DNA of 64,000 bases from Octopus sinensis (GCF_006345805.1 NC_043002.1:19344001-19408000); one strand, 5' to 3'. Shown: positions 36,070 to 49,885, counted from the stretch's first letter. A program made the numbers and translations. The notes: generated by a model not told the origin, from the letters alone.

Positions 36070-36310
36070 ACTTAGGATCAGTCTTATTCCTGGTAGGATT
36101 TATGTTGGTAGCGGGTTACTACCTGTAATAGTCTTGGAAGCCTCCTGATAATCTTTCCTGTCCCTAAGAGGTAAACTTCCTGTAGAACCTCAATCTCCTT
36201 TAACCATTGGTTTATATCTTTGCTTACAATTCCCATTGCACCAATTATTATAGGTACAATCTTTACAATTTTCATACTCCAAATTCTTGCAATTTCAAAG
36301 CTTAAGGGAT
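36070..36310 (-). mobile_element. R4/Dong-like RLE non-LTR C-terminal remnant
   Basis: KIVKIVPIIIGAMGIVSKDINQWL..LLGTGKIIRR. Confidence 0.75.
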
Positions 36311-36311
36311 T

Positions 36312-36375
<64 letters not shown>

Positions 36376-36376
<1 letters not shown>

Positions 36377-36656
36377 TAGTTTTATTTTTATAGCGTGCTT
36401 TCACTTCACTACCGAGCGCAGCTCTGTGTGCCTTGGGTATGTGCTGTGATTTGTTGTGATGCTCTGATGGTTATTGTATGGAAAGTGTTCTGCGTAGGAT
36501 GTGTGCAGTGCCTAGTAGTGCAATTTTCTGTATGTTATATGTGTTTCTAAGTCCTGGTGTTTTTGTTATGTATTTGTCTGAATATTTTTTTATCATGCCT
36601 AATGCACCTACTATGATAGGAATTGTTTCTGTTTTCAGATTCCACATTCAGATTCC
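36376..36656 (-). mobile_element. R4/Dong-like 3' end flanked on both sides by (ATT)n (36313-36375, 36657-36806)
   Basis: MWNLKTETIPIIVGALGMIKKYSDKYITKTPGLRNTYNIQKIALLGTAHILRRTLSIQ* plus 3'UTR and (AAT)n. Confidence 0.85.
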
Positions 36657-36657
36657 A

Positions 36658-36780
<123 letters not shown>

Positions 36781-36849
36781 CATTATTATTATTATTATTA
36801 TTATTCCTTCATAACACAGTGTAGGTAAAAATGCACCAGAGTCTTTAGT

Positions 36850-37260
36850 CATTTGTCAAGTCACAACAACGACCTCATTAGAAATAATACTTTCCTTAAG
36901 ATGTGCGCTGTGCCCAATAAGGCTGCAAGGCATCAATTTTGCCTGGGATTTCCAGTTGCCTTAAGAAGTCTTGAAGTTTCAATGGGATTGAGCCCAACGT
37001 TCCGGTCACCACTGGTATCACTTTTACATTACCCTCTCGCATTTCATACAGTCTTGCCATTACCACTTTCAATTCGGAGTACTCGGTGATTTTTTTCAAC
37101 CTCTTCACTCACAACATTCATGTCATTTGGTACAGCTACATCAATGATCTGGCAGTATTTGTCTCTCTTATTCGATAATAGCTGACGTGTCCGGTAATTC
37201 CCGGGAAAACGGGGCTTATACTTTGGGTCCGTTCTCTTAATTCTTTCGCTAATCCAATAA
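36850..37260 (-). mobile_element. R4/Dong-like RLE domain remnant
   Basis: IIDVAVPND..KITEYSELK..VIPVVTGTLG, frameshifted. Confidence 0.78.
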
Positions 37261-37861
37261 CAACGATACAAAGTATGCAGCCCTTAAAACGGTTTTTGTG
37301 CATTTACAGAGAATACCGAACTGTGTTACACACGGTCTTGTTTTTAGGAATTCCCAATAAGTTATGAATACCCAAATGGTGAAGTCAGTTACGTAATAAC
37401 ATGAAATTAGTTACCCGATACTAAGAACTCAAATTATTGGCTCTTATACCAAAATGGGATTTAATGTGTTCCCTGAGTATATAGAAATTAGGAGGAAATA
37501 CTAATAAGGCATGTAAACTAAAATCGTGAAGTATGTTACGTAATAACAGGCTAATCAGATAATGAGATAATAACAATTCAACGTAAATAACTCTGAAAAG
37601 GGCTTTTGTGCGTTCCCAGAGAATATTACCCTCAGCAACGCTAGTGTTAGAATATTCGTGAATAAGTCACTAACAGAAATAAGTGGATCTATTATTTAGG
37701 AAAATGCTATTTACTTGATTAATTTTTGTACTAGATAAATTGCGAAAGTAACTCTAACAGTTCAAATACTAAGAAATAAGCATACTCAATTTGATTTATA
37801 CCAAATGATTTAGGAAAATGAATGGATTATTTCCCTTGGCTGTTAAAAGAATATATATAAG

Positions 37862-37959
<98 letters not shown>

Positions 37960-37960
<1 letters not shown>

Positions 37961-38392
37961 CTATATCTAAATCTCTATATATAAAACTGAAATGCGTTTT
38001 TACCGCTTGGTTCGCTTTCAATGCCACTACATCCCGTCCGATTCGCTCCAAAATTTACACGGACATGTAGAATGAGGTGACGATGCGCGTGGGCTACCTT
38101 AGAAATCCCTATCTTAAAATGTGTGGTTGCTAGGGGGCCATCTTCCTACCTCACCCTATTTCCTCCAGTACTCTGTCACTCCTCTTCATTTGACAATGCA
38201 ACTACCGTTATTTAATGTAAAGTCTTCCTCAAATCGCTCTGTCGCTCTTTACTCTCTTCCAAGAACATTTTCACTCACTCTTATTTCTTACCTTCCTATA
38301 CATTTTACTCATGTATCTATCAGCGTTCATGGACAGTAACAAATATTACATCGCCATCCCCATCGCCATCGCATTCTATTGTCTACCTGTCA

Positions 38393-38427
<35 letters not shown>

Positions 38428-38695
38428 CATATGATTGATTGATTGATTGATTGATTCCAGTTTCAGCTCATGAGCTGTGGCCATGCTGGGGCACCGCCAT
38501 TTGGTGTTGCTACTTGGTTTCACTTCATGGAGGCTTTCTAGCAACTGCTATTTGGTGCATGAGAGAGTTCGATGCAGCTGCCCTCATCTGCCCCATATCT
38601 AATATTATATTTTTATGTTTTTGTTTTTTTACTGTTTCATTTCCCTGTTAGTGGTTTGATCTCTAATTTAATTTCTACAGTGCGCGCACACACAC

Positions 38696-38731
<36 letters not shown>

Positions 38732-41700
38732 CTATATGTGGCGCCAGTAGACCCGAATGAAATCGGGTTCTCTTCATCAAAATGTGAAAAGGGGTCTAGA
38801 ATTATCATCGCCACAACTTATGTTTTTCCTAATGATAATTATCATCGCCACCACCAACACACAATCATGACAATCTTTCTCTTAAAACAAATCATGTTTA
38901 CATTGCAAAATATTTCATTTTCCCGTCCTCTCTTTCATATATGTGACCCAGGTTTGGGTGGCCGCACAACTACAATTAAACAACGGCTAAAAACATTCGA
39001 TGTTGATAATGCCTGGATCGTTCCATTCAACCCTTTGCTTTCCAAAACATTTAATGCACACATTAATGTTGAGTACTGCAGTTCGGTGAGATGCATACAA
39101 TACCTCTGCAAGTACATTAATAAGGGCGATGATATGGCCGTGTTTGTGTTCAGTGATGAAGACCTTAGACATGACGAAATTAAACAATTCGTTTGGGATA
39201 GGTATGTATCCTCCAATTAAGCAGCGTGGCGCATTTTTGGATACGAGATTCATCTAAGCTCACCATCAGTTTTCCACCTGAACGTTCATTTACAGAAGAG
39301 ACAGCTGGTTTACTTCACAGAGAAAAATGCACGTCAAGTCATTGAAAATCCAAAAGGGACTACGCTTACAGCATTTTTTAAATTGTGTTCAGTTGATGAG
39401 TTTGCTGCTACTCTCATTTACCCTGAAGTACCGGAATATTACACATACAACAACAATAATTGGAAGCGCAGGTCACATGGAACAGAACTTGACAATTGGC
39501 CCGGTGTTTCTAGGAAGAACGTCATTGGGCGTGTGTATAATATCCATCCTACCAAACAGGAAATCTTTTTGAGAATGCTACTTCATGTAGTTACTGGACC
39601 GAAGTCTTTTGCTGATCTTCGCACGGTTGATGGTATCATCTGCGCCACTTACAGGAAAGCATGTTTGAGGCGCGGACTTCTTCTCAATGACGACCACTTA
39701 CACAGGACATTAGCAGAGGCCTCAAATTGTAAACTGCCATGGCAAATGCGTCGATTGTTTTGTAGCATATTAATCCACTGTAATCCCAGCAACCCTCTTA
39801 ACCTTTGGGAATCGTTCAGACAGAGCCTATCAAAGGACATACAGGCTAATTTAGCGCAACGTGATGGCAACGACGATGTTTATAATGAGGCATTAATCGA
39901 CATGGACAGACACATCAGACGCTATGTTATACGCGGTTTAAGTGAATTCCATCTGCCAACACCTGTCGATCATGAAGCGCCTTTGGATGTTGAATACATG
40001 TCAGAAAACAACTACAACATTGCCGAATTGACGGAAACAATTACGCGAGATGAACCAAGACTTTTGCCTGAACAAAGAGAGATTTATAATGAAATTATTG
40101 ACAGCGTTAGATTGAACCAAGGAAAGCTTTTCTTTTTGAATGCTCCAGGTGGTACTGGTAAAACTTTCGTTATCAATTTGATTCTCGCAAAGCTGCGCGC
40201 TGAACGTCGATTTGCCATTGCATGTGCCTCAAGTGGTATTGCAGCGACACTGCTTCAAGGCGGCCGTACGGCACATAGTGCATTCAAATTGCCCATGGAC
40301 ATTGGAAAGAAAGATAATCCTATATGTAATATAGATCGTAGTTCCTCAAGAGCAAGACTTCTTCGTGAATGCAGTCTTTTTATTTGGGATGAGGCTACAA
40401 TGAATAATAAGGCCATGTTTGAGGCTCTTGACAGAACTCTCCAAGATTTGCGTCACAATACAAAAATAATGGGTGGAGCTATGTTTCTCATGGCAGGAGA
40501 TTTTCGACAAACTCTTCCTGTTGTCCGAGCAGGCACTAGAGCTGATGAGGTTAATGCATGTATAAAGCATTCTTTTGTGTGGCACAGTGTTATCAGTCGC
40601 CATCTTCAAACAAACATGACAGTCCACCTACATGGTGATGTGGAGTCTGAGGCTTTCGCAAAACACCTATTAGATCTTGGTGATGGAGTTTTGCCTTTCG
40701 TTGATGATGAGCATATTCGGTTGCCTTTTGGGAATTTCGTTCCAAATGTAGAAGAACTTATAAGAGCCGTTTTACCTGACGTCGAAACCAACTTCCAGGA
40801 TCTCGATTGGCTAAGAGCAAGAGCTATTCTATCGCCTCATAATACAACAGCTCATGCTACAAATAAACAAGTACTTGATATGAATCCTGGTGAGATAGTT
40901 TCTTTCATGTCCATCGATACAAATAAATATGAGAATGATGCAGTCAAATATCCACCCGAGCTACTCAAAAAGCTAACACCTCCGGGACTTCCACCTCATC
41001 ATTTGTGTTTGAAAGTTGGTGCTCCAATCATGGTGCTCAGAAATATGGAAACGCCTGAAATATGCAATGAAACCCGAATGGTTATTAGGAGGATTCAAAG
41101 CCATGTTATAACTGCTGAAATTTTGAGTGGACCATTTGTAGGAACAATCAAAATGATACATAAAATGAGTATTTCACCCTCTGATGTTCCCATTCAGTTT
41201 AAACAATCAACAAGTCACAGGGACAATCACTGGACATTGTAGGCATTAACCTGTCACAACCGGTTTTCAGTCATGGTCAATTGTACGTAGCCTGTTCTCG
41301 AGTTGGAAATCCACATAAACTCTTCATTCTTGGCAATCATGAGCGCACAAGGAACGTGGTTTATCAGGAGGCTCTGACAAAAGAAAACTGATTGTAAGTC
41401 ATGAAATTTTGCTTGATTTTTTTATTTTGCACCTCTTCATTATCTCTTCATTCTTGAAAATAAAGACATTAAAAAGAACATGGTTCATAAAGAACATTGG
41501 GTTCAGATGTTTGCAAACATTTGATCCAACTCATTCTCTTTATTCCTCATTTTCCGATTCCTTCTACGTCTCCATTAAACGGTTTTGTCAAGTTATTGTT
41601 TCTTCGCTAACATAAGACATTCATCAAGTGAATGAGTTGTTAATTACATTTTATACACTTTTCCATTGTTTAGGTGGTGTCGAAAGGACTGGCATGTGTC

Positions 41701-42284
41701 ACCATATAAACTCTCTCAGTCAAACTCCCAACTCATGAGTTCACATCGTGATACTCTTTCTACAAAACTGAGCTGGGTGTGAATTCTAATTTCATTCACT
41801 ATAACAGATTTTTTAATTTTTGAAACAAACACATTGCCTCTTTCGTTTTAAAACAATAAAACAATACTACCTTAATACATTGGTCCAACAAACAAAACAT
41901 CCAACACTCTCATTCTTTTATGTATCTGTCTTCCTCCATCACTCACTTACTTTTCTCCCTTCCTTTCACTTTCTATCTATAACGTCGTTTCACAGCGTCT
42001 ACCTCCCTTACATTCACTTTCTCTTTATAACGTCGTTTCACAGCGTCCGTTATCCCTCTCCCTGCCTTCCACAGCGCTTTCACACACTCTCACTCTCCAC
42101 GTCTGTCTGCATTCATAGAGAGAATTATCATCGCCACAACCACCACTCAATCATGACAACAAATATTATGAATCAGATATTTATTGGGTTAATTTATATA
42201 TGTGTTTGTGTATCTATATATAAATATGTATATATAATAATCTTTATATATACAAAGTGCATATATCTGTATTTACATATATAT

Positions 42285-42329
<45 letters not shown>

Positions 42330-42408
42330 TATATATATATAATTTGTATACATTTATATATATATACCACACTCTTACCCGCGCGTAGAGCGGGTCACCT
42401 TCAGCTAG
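37960..42408 (+). mobile_element. Helitron (~4.4 kb), internally deleted
   Basis: 5' A|TC end (37960 or 37972). 3' hairpin acccgc-gcgtaga-gcgggt (42377-42395) then CTAG|T at 42405-42408. Confidence 0.9.
38950..41391 (+). pseudogene. Helitron RepHel remnant: Rep C-terminus + PIF1-family helicase
   Basis: VDNAWIVPFNP..HINVEYC..KYINKG, Walker A APGGTGKT, DEATM, GDFRQTLP. In-frame TAA at 39218 (same frame as the 619-aa ORF). Deletion and frameshift at ~41205 before [22 protein letters not shown]. Confidence 0.93.
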
Positions 42409-42639
42409 TATATATATATATAAGGATTCTTTCCATTCCTTCAAAGGGCCTTATTATCGATTTTTTCAACAAAGGGAGTATGCAATGAGGTTTCCAGACA
42501 TGAGTTCTACTCAAGTGTCAAGTTTCATCAAAATCGATAAAACGATGTAGGAGGAGTTAGCTAACAACTCCACAAACACACCCACAGACAGAATGTCCTA
42601 CATATGTATTAGATGATAATATCCGGCCGACGGTGTTCG

Positions 42640-43330
42640 ATTACACGATCCGTCTGAAAATCATAGTTCCAGAGTATCGTTACTTTTCCATTCTCCTGTA
42701 TAACTTTACTTGGTACATGCTGATACTAGTTCTCTGTTACTTCATATTGATATTGACGGTATAAGAGCCAATGAAGATACGCACACACTTTATCGTGACG
42801 GCTCTTGTATTCTTTTTGTGCGAGGCTCTCACATCTACTTACCAAGTGAGTCATATTTACCACACTCTTTCCAAAGAATCTGCATTTCAGAGTGTCAGAA
42901 GTTTTATAGATGTTATACTTCACTGACTTGGTAACGAGAGCCTGGTCTTGTGCAGCAATGATCAGGCTGTCGGCAGTACGCTTCAGATCTCCTCGCTCAA
43001 GCCATAACCACGATGCTATATTATCCTTAACGTCCTGTGTATTCCTTTCAAACTGTCCATGTATTCTCATTTCAAGAAGATCTTTTCTCTTCTCCTCAGC
43101 TCTTTTGTTAAATTCTTCCTTGCCCATCATTTCATCTGCTTTTACACCCATATCTTTCGCGGCATATTGCAGCAGCTCTTCATCACTATTTATCAAATAC
43201 TCGGCAAGCGTTCTCCTTTCACTCCTTATATAATGGTCTATACTAATCCTCAGCCACCATTCTTTCTTTTCTCACAAATTCATCTACGCCAGTATGGTTC
43301 TTTACCTTCTGTTTGTTCTTTTTAATATTA
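42640..43330 (-). mobile_element. R4/Dong-like ORF fragment (post-RT region and decayed CCHC)
   Basis: HGQF..SWLWL..GDLK..LIIAAQDQAL..KCR..HLVSRCESLAQKEYKSRHDKV. Confidence 0.85.
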
Positions 43331-43703
43331 TTGAGTGAAAGAGCAGTGCATGCCATCTAAGTGACACTGGGGTAAACTATACGAAGCCCAGTATACCCAT
43401 CATGACTACCCGTTTGATAAGGATACATCAGGTACATGGATCACAACCATATGTGCGTGACATGATGATTTCATATCAAGATAAACAGCGCATGCGTAGC
43501 CCATCCTGTTCAAATGGTCCTTGAAAAAGGATTATTCAAGAATGTTGAACGAAACACCCATGTTTCCAGAGGTGAATTATTCAAACTTCAAATAATTCCT
43601 CTCAACACATGGCTATGATGCTCCTCCACTACCTCTGCTCGTGATCAGAATGCACATATTGTCAGCCACCAAAGGATATGTTCTATTGTTGTTGTTATTA
43701 TTA

Positions 43704-43815
<112 letters not shown>

Positions 43816-43822
43816 CATTATT

Positions 43823-43993
43823 ATTTCGTAGTCTTCTTTATATTTTTATCACGTGCTTTCACTGCACTACTGAGCGCAGCTCTGTGTGCCTTGGATATGT
43901 GCCGTGGTTTGTTGTGATGCTCTTATTTTCACAGTATTGAAAGTGTTTTACGTAAAATGTGTGCGGTGTTTAGTAGTGCTATTTTCTGTGCAT
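43823..43993 (-). mobile_element. Second Dong-like 3' end abutting (ATT)n (43686-43822)
   Basis: cgtgctttcact..ctactgagcgcagctctgtgtgccttgg matches 36393-36440. Confidence 0.82.
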
Positions 43994-45089
43994 CAAATGG
44001 AATAGATCACCTAGATATTTATCAAACCAAACACTGCTGTCATAAAAAGAACAATCTGGATAACTTAGCATGCGATGGAGCGTGGCCTAGTGGTTTGAGC
44101 GTTGTACTCCTGATTATAAGGTTGCTTCTATCATAGATATGCTGTTGTGCTGATAGACAAAAAATGAAAGGTAAGAGATGCTGGTAGTCGAACTGATATC
44201 AGGCTGCGTATAATGAATGCACAACACTCGGGATAAATTAACAAGATTTATTTCACTGCACGAGTAATTTTCATGTCGCTGATGAATTGGAAATTACAAC
44301 AATAAAGTCAGCACAATGGAATTAATAATTCAGTAGCTTTTACAAAGAGTTGATTTAAAAGGCTCTGTGATTAAATTTGTTAAGACAGGAGAAAAAACAC
44401 ACACTGGATTCATACTGATCGCCTATAATGGCATATCAAGGTTGAGTAAGAGCTGTGATAACGGTTATTAAAAAGAACAAGAGAATATGTGGAGCTGAGC
44501 TGCGGATTGCCCCATACTAAAGACTGGCGCTCAAAAACGTGCCTATTTATAGAACTAATTAGGAAAATATTTTGGAAGCTCTTAGAATGATCCAGCACGT
44601 GATAACTAACTGCTGATTGATCCATAAGTCGGTTGCTCATGTGAACAATCTGTTGCATGCCGTGATTTTAACTCAGTTTCGAGTCTTGCTAAACTTCGAT
44701 TCCTAGATAGGACGGTGAGCTGTGTCTTTGGACAAGGCATTTCATTTCAGGTTCTATCAGTCTAGTCACCTGCAATTAGTACCAGCTGAGTGTTTGCACT
44801 ACCCTCTCCGCTTTCGTCTGTTACATCCTAGATCTAAGATGCAACAGCTGTCCTATTAGGTCAAGACCGGAGGGACTACTTAGACAACAAACCATAGTAA
44901 ACGCTACCAAATCAGACACGTTTATGAGCGACAGTTGTTGGAGGTTGCTTTTAGAAATGCGATGCACTGAACCTGTTAAAAAGGACGAAAATTAAAAAAA
45001 AAAAATTAAGTTTCACGGATGGAAAATCTTTGATCATAGATCTGCTAGCTAAACAACTACAATAATACTGCGATTATCATCGCTAATAA

Positions 45090-45496
45090 CAGGGGTGGGC
45101 CCGAGAGTGAGGGCTAAGGGTACGTGTCCCCACCCTCAAGAAAAGAAGTACGCCCTTCAAAATAATGTTATGACGCCGTTTTCTCCTGGAGTTGTATTCC
45201 TTTTTGACCTTGTGCCCTGCTTTCGAAAAATACCTGAGAACAACCAACAGCAATAACACTATCAACTATAGCACTAGTGTAACAAGCAGTCACTATGATA
45301 CAATGACAACGGATTGACTCTGATGTTGTGGTGTCAGCTATTAACCGCAATGGCAGAAAAGGAGAAACAGTATTTAAAATCCTTGTTCTTATTTCCTGTC
45401 TTCCGGTTAAAATAGGAGGTATTTTTAGGGTGCTGTTAATAGTTATTTGAGTGCGCAACTGAAATATAGTATAATGTTTTTGCTGAGCCACCCCTG
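45090..45496. mobile_element. Putative hAT MITE (407 bp)
   Basis: caggggtgggccc ... gagccacccctg termini. No TSD seen. Confidence 0.55.
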
Positions 45497-45768
45497 TTCA
45501 TTTCTAACAGAGCAAGTCTATGGCACGTGGTCGTCAACCAAATGACTGGGCACAATTCACAAATAACCAGTGTACATGCCTAACTGAGCACTAAGCTGTG
45601 ACGTACCAAGAAGGGGGTGGGGAGGGCAGCACAATTTATTTGCATTAACATATCATTAATAAAAATGTAGACTTTAATAATGAATAGCAGCTATTAAAAT
45701 TGCCTTAAAATTTAAATTTAGCATCAGTAAACTTGTATTGTGTGTTAACATTATGTAGCATACAGTAT

Positions 45769-45998
45769 CTCTCTCTATCCGCTCAGTCGAAGTCGACTCT
45801 CGGTCACTCGTTGGATCAGTGTCCTCCAGTCAGTTCTATCCTGAACCGCTTCCTTCAGACTGGCCATGTCCATTCCGGTATCACTCCTGATGGTGTCAAG
45901 CCAGCGGGTTCTTGGTCGGCCTCTTCCTCTCTTGCCACTGACCATTCCGAGCATGATGTCCTTCTCCAAGGATTCTCTTCGCATAATATGACCGAAAT
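45769..45998 (-). mobile_element. 5'-truncated RTE (different family) with 9-bp TSD atacagtat and (AG)n tail
   Basis: SLEKDIMLGMVSGKRGRGRPRTRWLD. TSD at 45760-45768 and 45999-46007. Confidence 0.9.
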
Positions 45999-47564
45999 AT
46001 ACAGTATAATATTGTTAATACAGTAATATTGTGTGTTACTGGATAAGACAGTGTGTCGATGATATTCAGAAAGTTGATTATGTTTTAGGCTGGTCTATAC
46101 TCTATTTGGTTTTATTCATATAAATTTACGATAACTCTAATATAATTTGAGATGAAGCGAATTAAGGACAGCAGTGCAGCATTTCGAGAATAAAAAAAGA
46201 AAAAGAAAGCGAGAGAAGAAGAAAGGCCATAATTAAATTTCTCATCGGACCCGACCGTCCAGACGAAGCTGGTATTACGGTAGAAGGTCGTGGAGATGAT
46301 GTTGTTAATGAAGTGCAACTTGAAAAGAAGATAGAAGATGAAGTTGATGATGCTGATCCACCACAAACTACTGAAGAATAAAATGCTAATATTAATTTGA
46401 AAGACATTGGGATGTGGCTTGCAAAGTTTAATCACGGTGACGGTATTCGGGAAATCCTTGTACAACAAGGATTGAAGGCTGTGCAAAATATTGACTGTGA
46501 ATTCGAAGAAGTTGTACGTCCAGGACAAATAAGAAAACTGAAAGGGGAGACTAGAAGACTGTCAAGAAACTGGTTTTTTCGAACTTTACAAAACGGGGAA
46601 AAAATCTTGAGAACTTGGATGATATACTCTCCACCGAAAGAAGCCGTATTTTGTTTTGTTGTAAGCTATTTTCGAGTGAAAACTCAAAGTTTTGCTCAGT
46701 TGATGGTTTCAAATCTTGGTGAAAATTGAATCCCAAGATACAAGAACACGAATCTGGCCCTGCGCACGAGAATGCGTTCACTCAGTGGAAAGAGCTAGAA
46801 ATTTGTCTTTTCAAAGGCAAGGTGATAGACAAAGAACAACAAACTCTTGTTGAAAATGAAACAAAGAAATGGAAGCAAATCCTGACTAGATTCTTGAAAA
46901 TAATTATGCTTCTTGCTAAGCAAAACCTAGCTTTACGAGGCCAGAGAGAAAACATTCGAGTTGAGAAGGCAAAAGAAAATAAAGGAAATTTTCTGGAGCT
47001 TGTTCAACTGATTGGAAAATTCGACCCAGGGCCACATGAACGTTTGGTAAAAGTAAAAATTGATAAGTTTACAACTTCCCATCTCTCATCAAAAATTCAG
47101 AATGAATTTGTGAACGTCTTGAGAGATCAAGTGAGAAAGAAAGTTATCGATGGAGTAAAACAGAGTAAATACTATTGCATTATTTTTGATAGTACTCCAG
47201 ACATTTCTGATATTGACCAAACTTTTCAGGTGCTACATTATGTTAAAATAGATGAAAAGGAAGTAAAAGAATCATTTCTTCGTTTTATTGAGATGAAAGG
47301 CAAAAATGCTGAGTAAATTACATCAATGATTCTGAAACAATTAGAAATGGACGACATTAACATTCAAGACTGTCGTGGACAAGCGTTTGATAACGCGGCA
47401 GTAATGGCAGGTCATCGATTCGGTGTCCAAGCGCGCATCACAGAAGTTAATTCAAAAATTATAATTGTGCTATGCATCAATCACTCTCTGAATTTACAGC
47501 TGTGCAAGCAGCTTCAGTGGGTGCAGATTTAGTTACATCTTTTGGCACATTGGACCGTTTATTT

Positions 47565-48278
47565 TCAGTCTTCTCTGTGGTGTGTGCAGTGCCCTGTCTG
47601 CCTGCATCGATAGCAAACGGGCCCCGGCTGCGTACAGTCCCGCGCCATGTGCGGTCCCTGGCATCTAAAACACCGTCCTGAGAACGGCCGCTCTCGTTGC
47701 ATGATAAGCTTCTGTACGTCTTTCTCGGGACGTCGTCCGTCTTTACGCGCCTCCGTCACCGCCATCGCTATCGCCTTCCGCCCAGAGTGTCTCGTCAACA
47801 CGCGGGCCTGAGCCACGAGTTCGCTCAGCGCCATCTTTTTAATCCCGGGCAATCGTTGTAGGTGAATCCCTACATCGTCGAGGAACCCATTCACAAACGC
47901 CAGCCGGGCTGCTCTCTCCAGCCCTTCTCCCGCAAACCCAGCCAGAGTCGCTAACCTTCTAACTTCTGCTGCATAGTCATCCACTTGGCTTCCCGTCCAC
48001 CTGATCGCACCTAGCTTAGCAAAAGCTGTGTTTTCGCATTCCGTGTAGGCATCCCGCAAGCGTCGCTCTATGTTCTCCTCGCTGAGCCGTTCCTCTTCAT
48101 CCATCTCAAGGTATAGCGTTAAGGCGCTCCCTTCTAAATACAGCGCCATAAGACTTTCCACATCGCTTATACCTTGCAGTCTTGCCACCAGCCTGATTTT
48201 GCGAATCCAGGCCACTACATCGCCTTCACCATTAAAAGGTCTGACGACGTCGCTGGCGATCCCAATTTTTTCAGACAT
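47565..48278 (-). CDS. Gag-like ORF, 237 aa, ending in zinc knuckles (CFRCQGPHMARDC, truncated CYRCRQTGH)
   Basis: ORF track. CCHC motifs and position directly after the LTR. Confidence 0.85.
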   Translation of the reverse strand: MSEKIGIASDVVRPFNGEGDVVAWIRKIRLVARLQGISDVESLMALYLEGSALTLYLEMDEEERLSEENIERRLRDAYTECENTAFAKLGAIRWTGSQVDDYAAEVRRLATLAGFAGEGLERAARLAFVNGFLDDVGIHLQRLPGIKKMALSELVAQARVLTRHSGRKAIAMAVTEARKDGRRPEKDVQKLIMQRERPFSGRCFRCQGPHMARDCTQPGPVCYRCRQTGHCTHHRED

Positions 48279-48610
48279 CGTGGCGACAAATCGTGTTGAA
48301 ATGTAAATGTTTAAGAACTGCCGAAATAGCTTGTGGTGTGTGCACGATTTGAATATAAAGGCACCTACCTTCTCTTCCTCGTGATGGAGACCCTTCTGTG
48401 GTAGCTAATCCTTCGACACAGCCCCGACCCGAACACTAAAGATAGTAGCTGCTCACCCAAACCCTTAGCGACCGTCCTCCCACGTCTTGTCACCTGGACG
48501 ACCCACGTTGGAAAGGCCCAATTGGCCGCTGCCTGCGCACGCCTGACAGCCTCCCCTTCCAGTTGCCCCAGCTTCCGGTCAACGCACCCAGCTGCTGACG
48601 TCATCCCACA
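47576..48610 (-). mobile_element. Truncated Ty3/Gypsy-like LTR retrotransposon: LTR (48332-48610) + gag + 13 nt of 3' LTR; 5-bp TSD TTCTC
   Basis: TGT...ACA termini. TSD at 47571-47575 and 48611-48615. tgtggtgtgtgca occurs at both 47576 and 48332. Confidence 0.92.
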
Positions 48611-49693
48611 TTCTCAGCCTCAACTCATCGATTAGATATCACGATTGAGATAACTGGTGCAAATATCAACCGGGCTGGGGAAACGAGATGGAGTAGTCGA
48701 GCAGATGCAGTGAAAGTTGTACATACAAAATTTACGGAAATCATCGCTGCGTTAGAACGGTTGATGGGAGATGCAGAAAACGCAACTACGAGGTCTGATG
48801 CAGGTTTAATTCTTCAGGCGATGCTGTCATTTTCTTTCTGGTCATTTCTTGGCTTTTGGAGAGATATATTTCCTGAAATTAATGACATTCAAAAGTATTT
48901 CCAAACGAAAGGTCTGGAGTTGCAACAATGTGCCGTTAAACTATCAGCCTTGAAAACTTCTCTACTTGTAAGCAGAGACAAAACAGTAAATGACGTGTTG
49001 GCCTATCCAACCGAAAATTACTCTGATATGGGAATCAGCACAGAGCGTCGAATTCGCAAAAAGAAAAGAATGAGCTAAGAAGAAAGTACCGATGCCCCCC
49101 TCAGCTACAACGCTGAGCTAAGAAGAGAATTGTTAGATAGACTGGTTGAAGAAATAACCTCTAGATTAGAAAGGCTTCACGATATTGCAAAGAAACACAC
49201 CTTTCTCACACCGTCCAATTTGTTAGATAAAGAGTGTAATTGTGATGTAGATGCTTTTGGTGAGAATATTAAAAGCGAAGACTTTCTAGTCGAAAGGGCA
49301 AGACTGCAAAATTATTTGGCGGCTGCTGACGCTGACGACATGGGAGGGCCTTTCTTCTTCAGTTGCAAGTTCTTCAGTTTATTCAGAAATATATTCTAAT
49401 TGATTCATTGTCAAACATTGTAATACTTTAAGAGTCTTCCTAACTCGTACCATTAGTGTTGTTAGCTGCGAACGGTCCTTTTTTAAACTAAAGCTTATCG
49501 AGAACTACCTAAGGTCAACAATAAGACAAACAAGGTCGACTGATTTGGCAATACTATCCAGAGAGCGGGACCTTGCGGATAAAATTAATTTTGATGAAAT
49601 CATTCAAGATTTCGCGAAGAGGAAGGCACGTAAAATCAATTTGTAAATCGTTTATTTTAGTAATTCCCACATCTGTTCTTTAACATATTTTTC

Positions 49694-49731
<38 letters not shown>

Positions 49732-49739
49732 GGATCTAT

Positions 49740-49885
49740 TAAACAACGTTAAACTAGAAATTACAATTCCGTTTTCATTTTGGGTTACAATCATGTTTTC
49801 TTTTGACACATTCTACCAGTATACGAAGTTTCAAATTGTTTAGTTAACTAAGAAAATCTGGCCTTCAAACTGAAAAGATCCTAAA
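49740..49885 (-). mobile_element. Terminus of a MITE related to the 27540 foldback family
   Basis: Reverse strand ggatcttttcag..aactaaacaatttgaaacttcgtatactggtagaatgtgtc resembles 27541-27630. Confidence 0.65.

Larger units (their letters stand above)
46152..49646 (+). pseudogene. hAT transposase pseudogene (ZMYM1/DUF4371-like with hATC dimerisation domain), split by an LTR insertion
   Basis: LAKQNLALRG, GNFLELV, IIFDSTPDISDIDQ, RGQAFDNAAVMAG, ETRWSSR, SCERSFFKLKLI. Multiple stops and frameshifts. Confidence 0.93.

Noticed and set aside
46020-49700. TIRs/TSD of the large hAT element
   Set aside because: No matching terminal pair could be identified, so only the coding remnant is reported.
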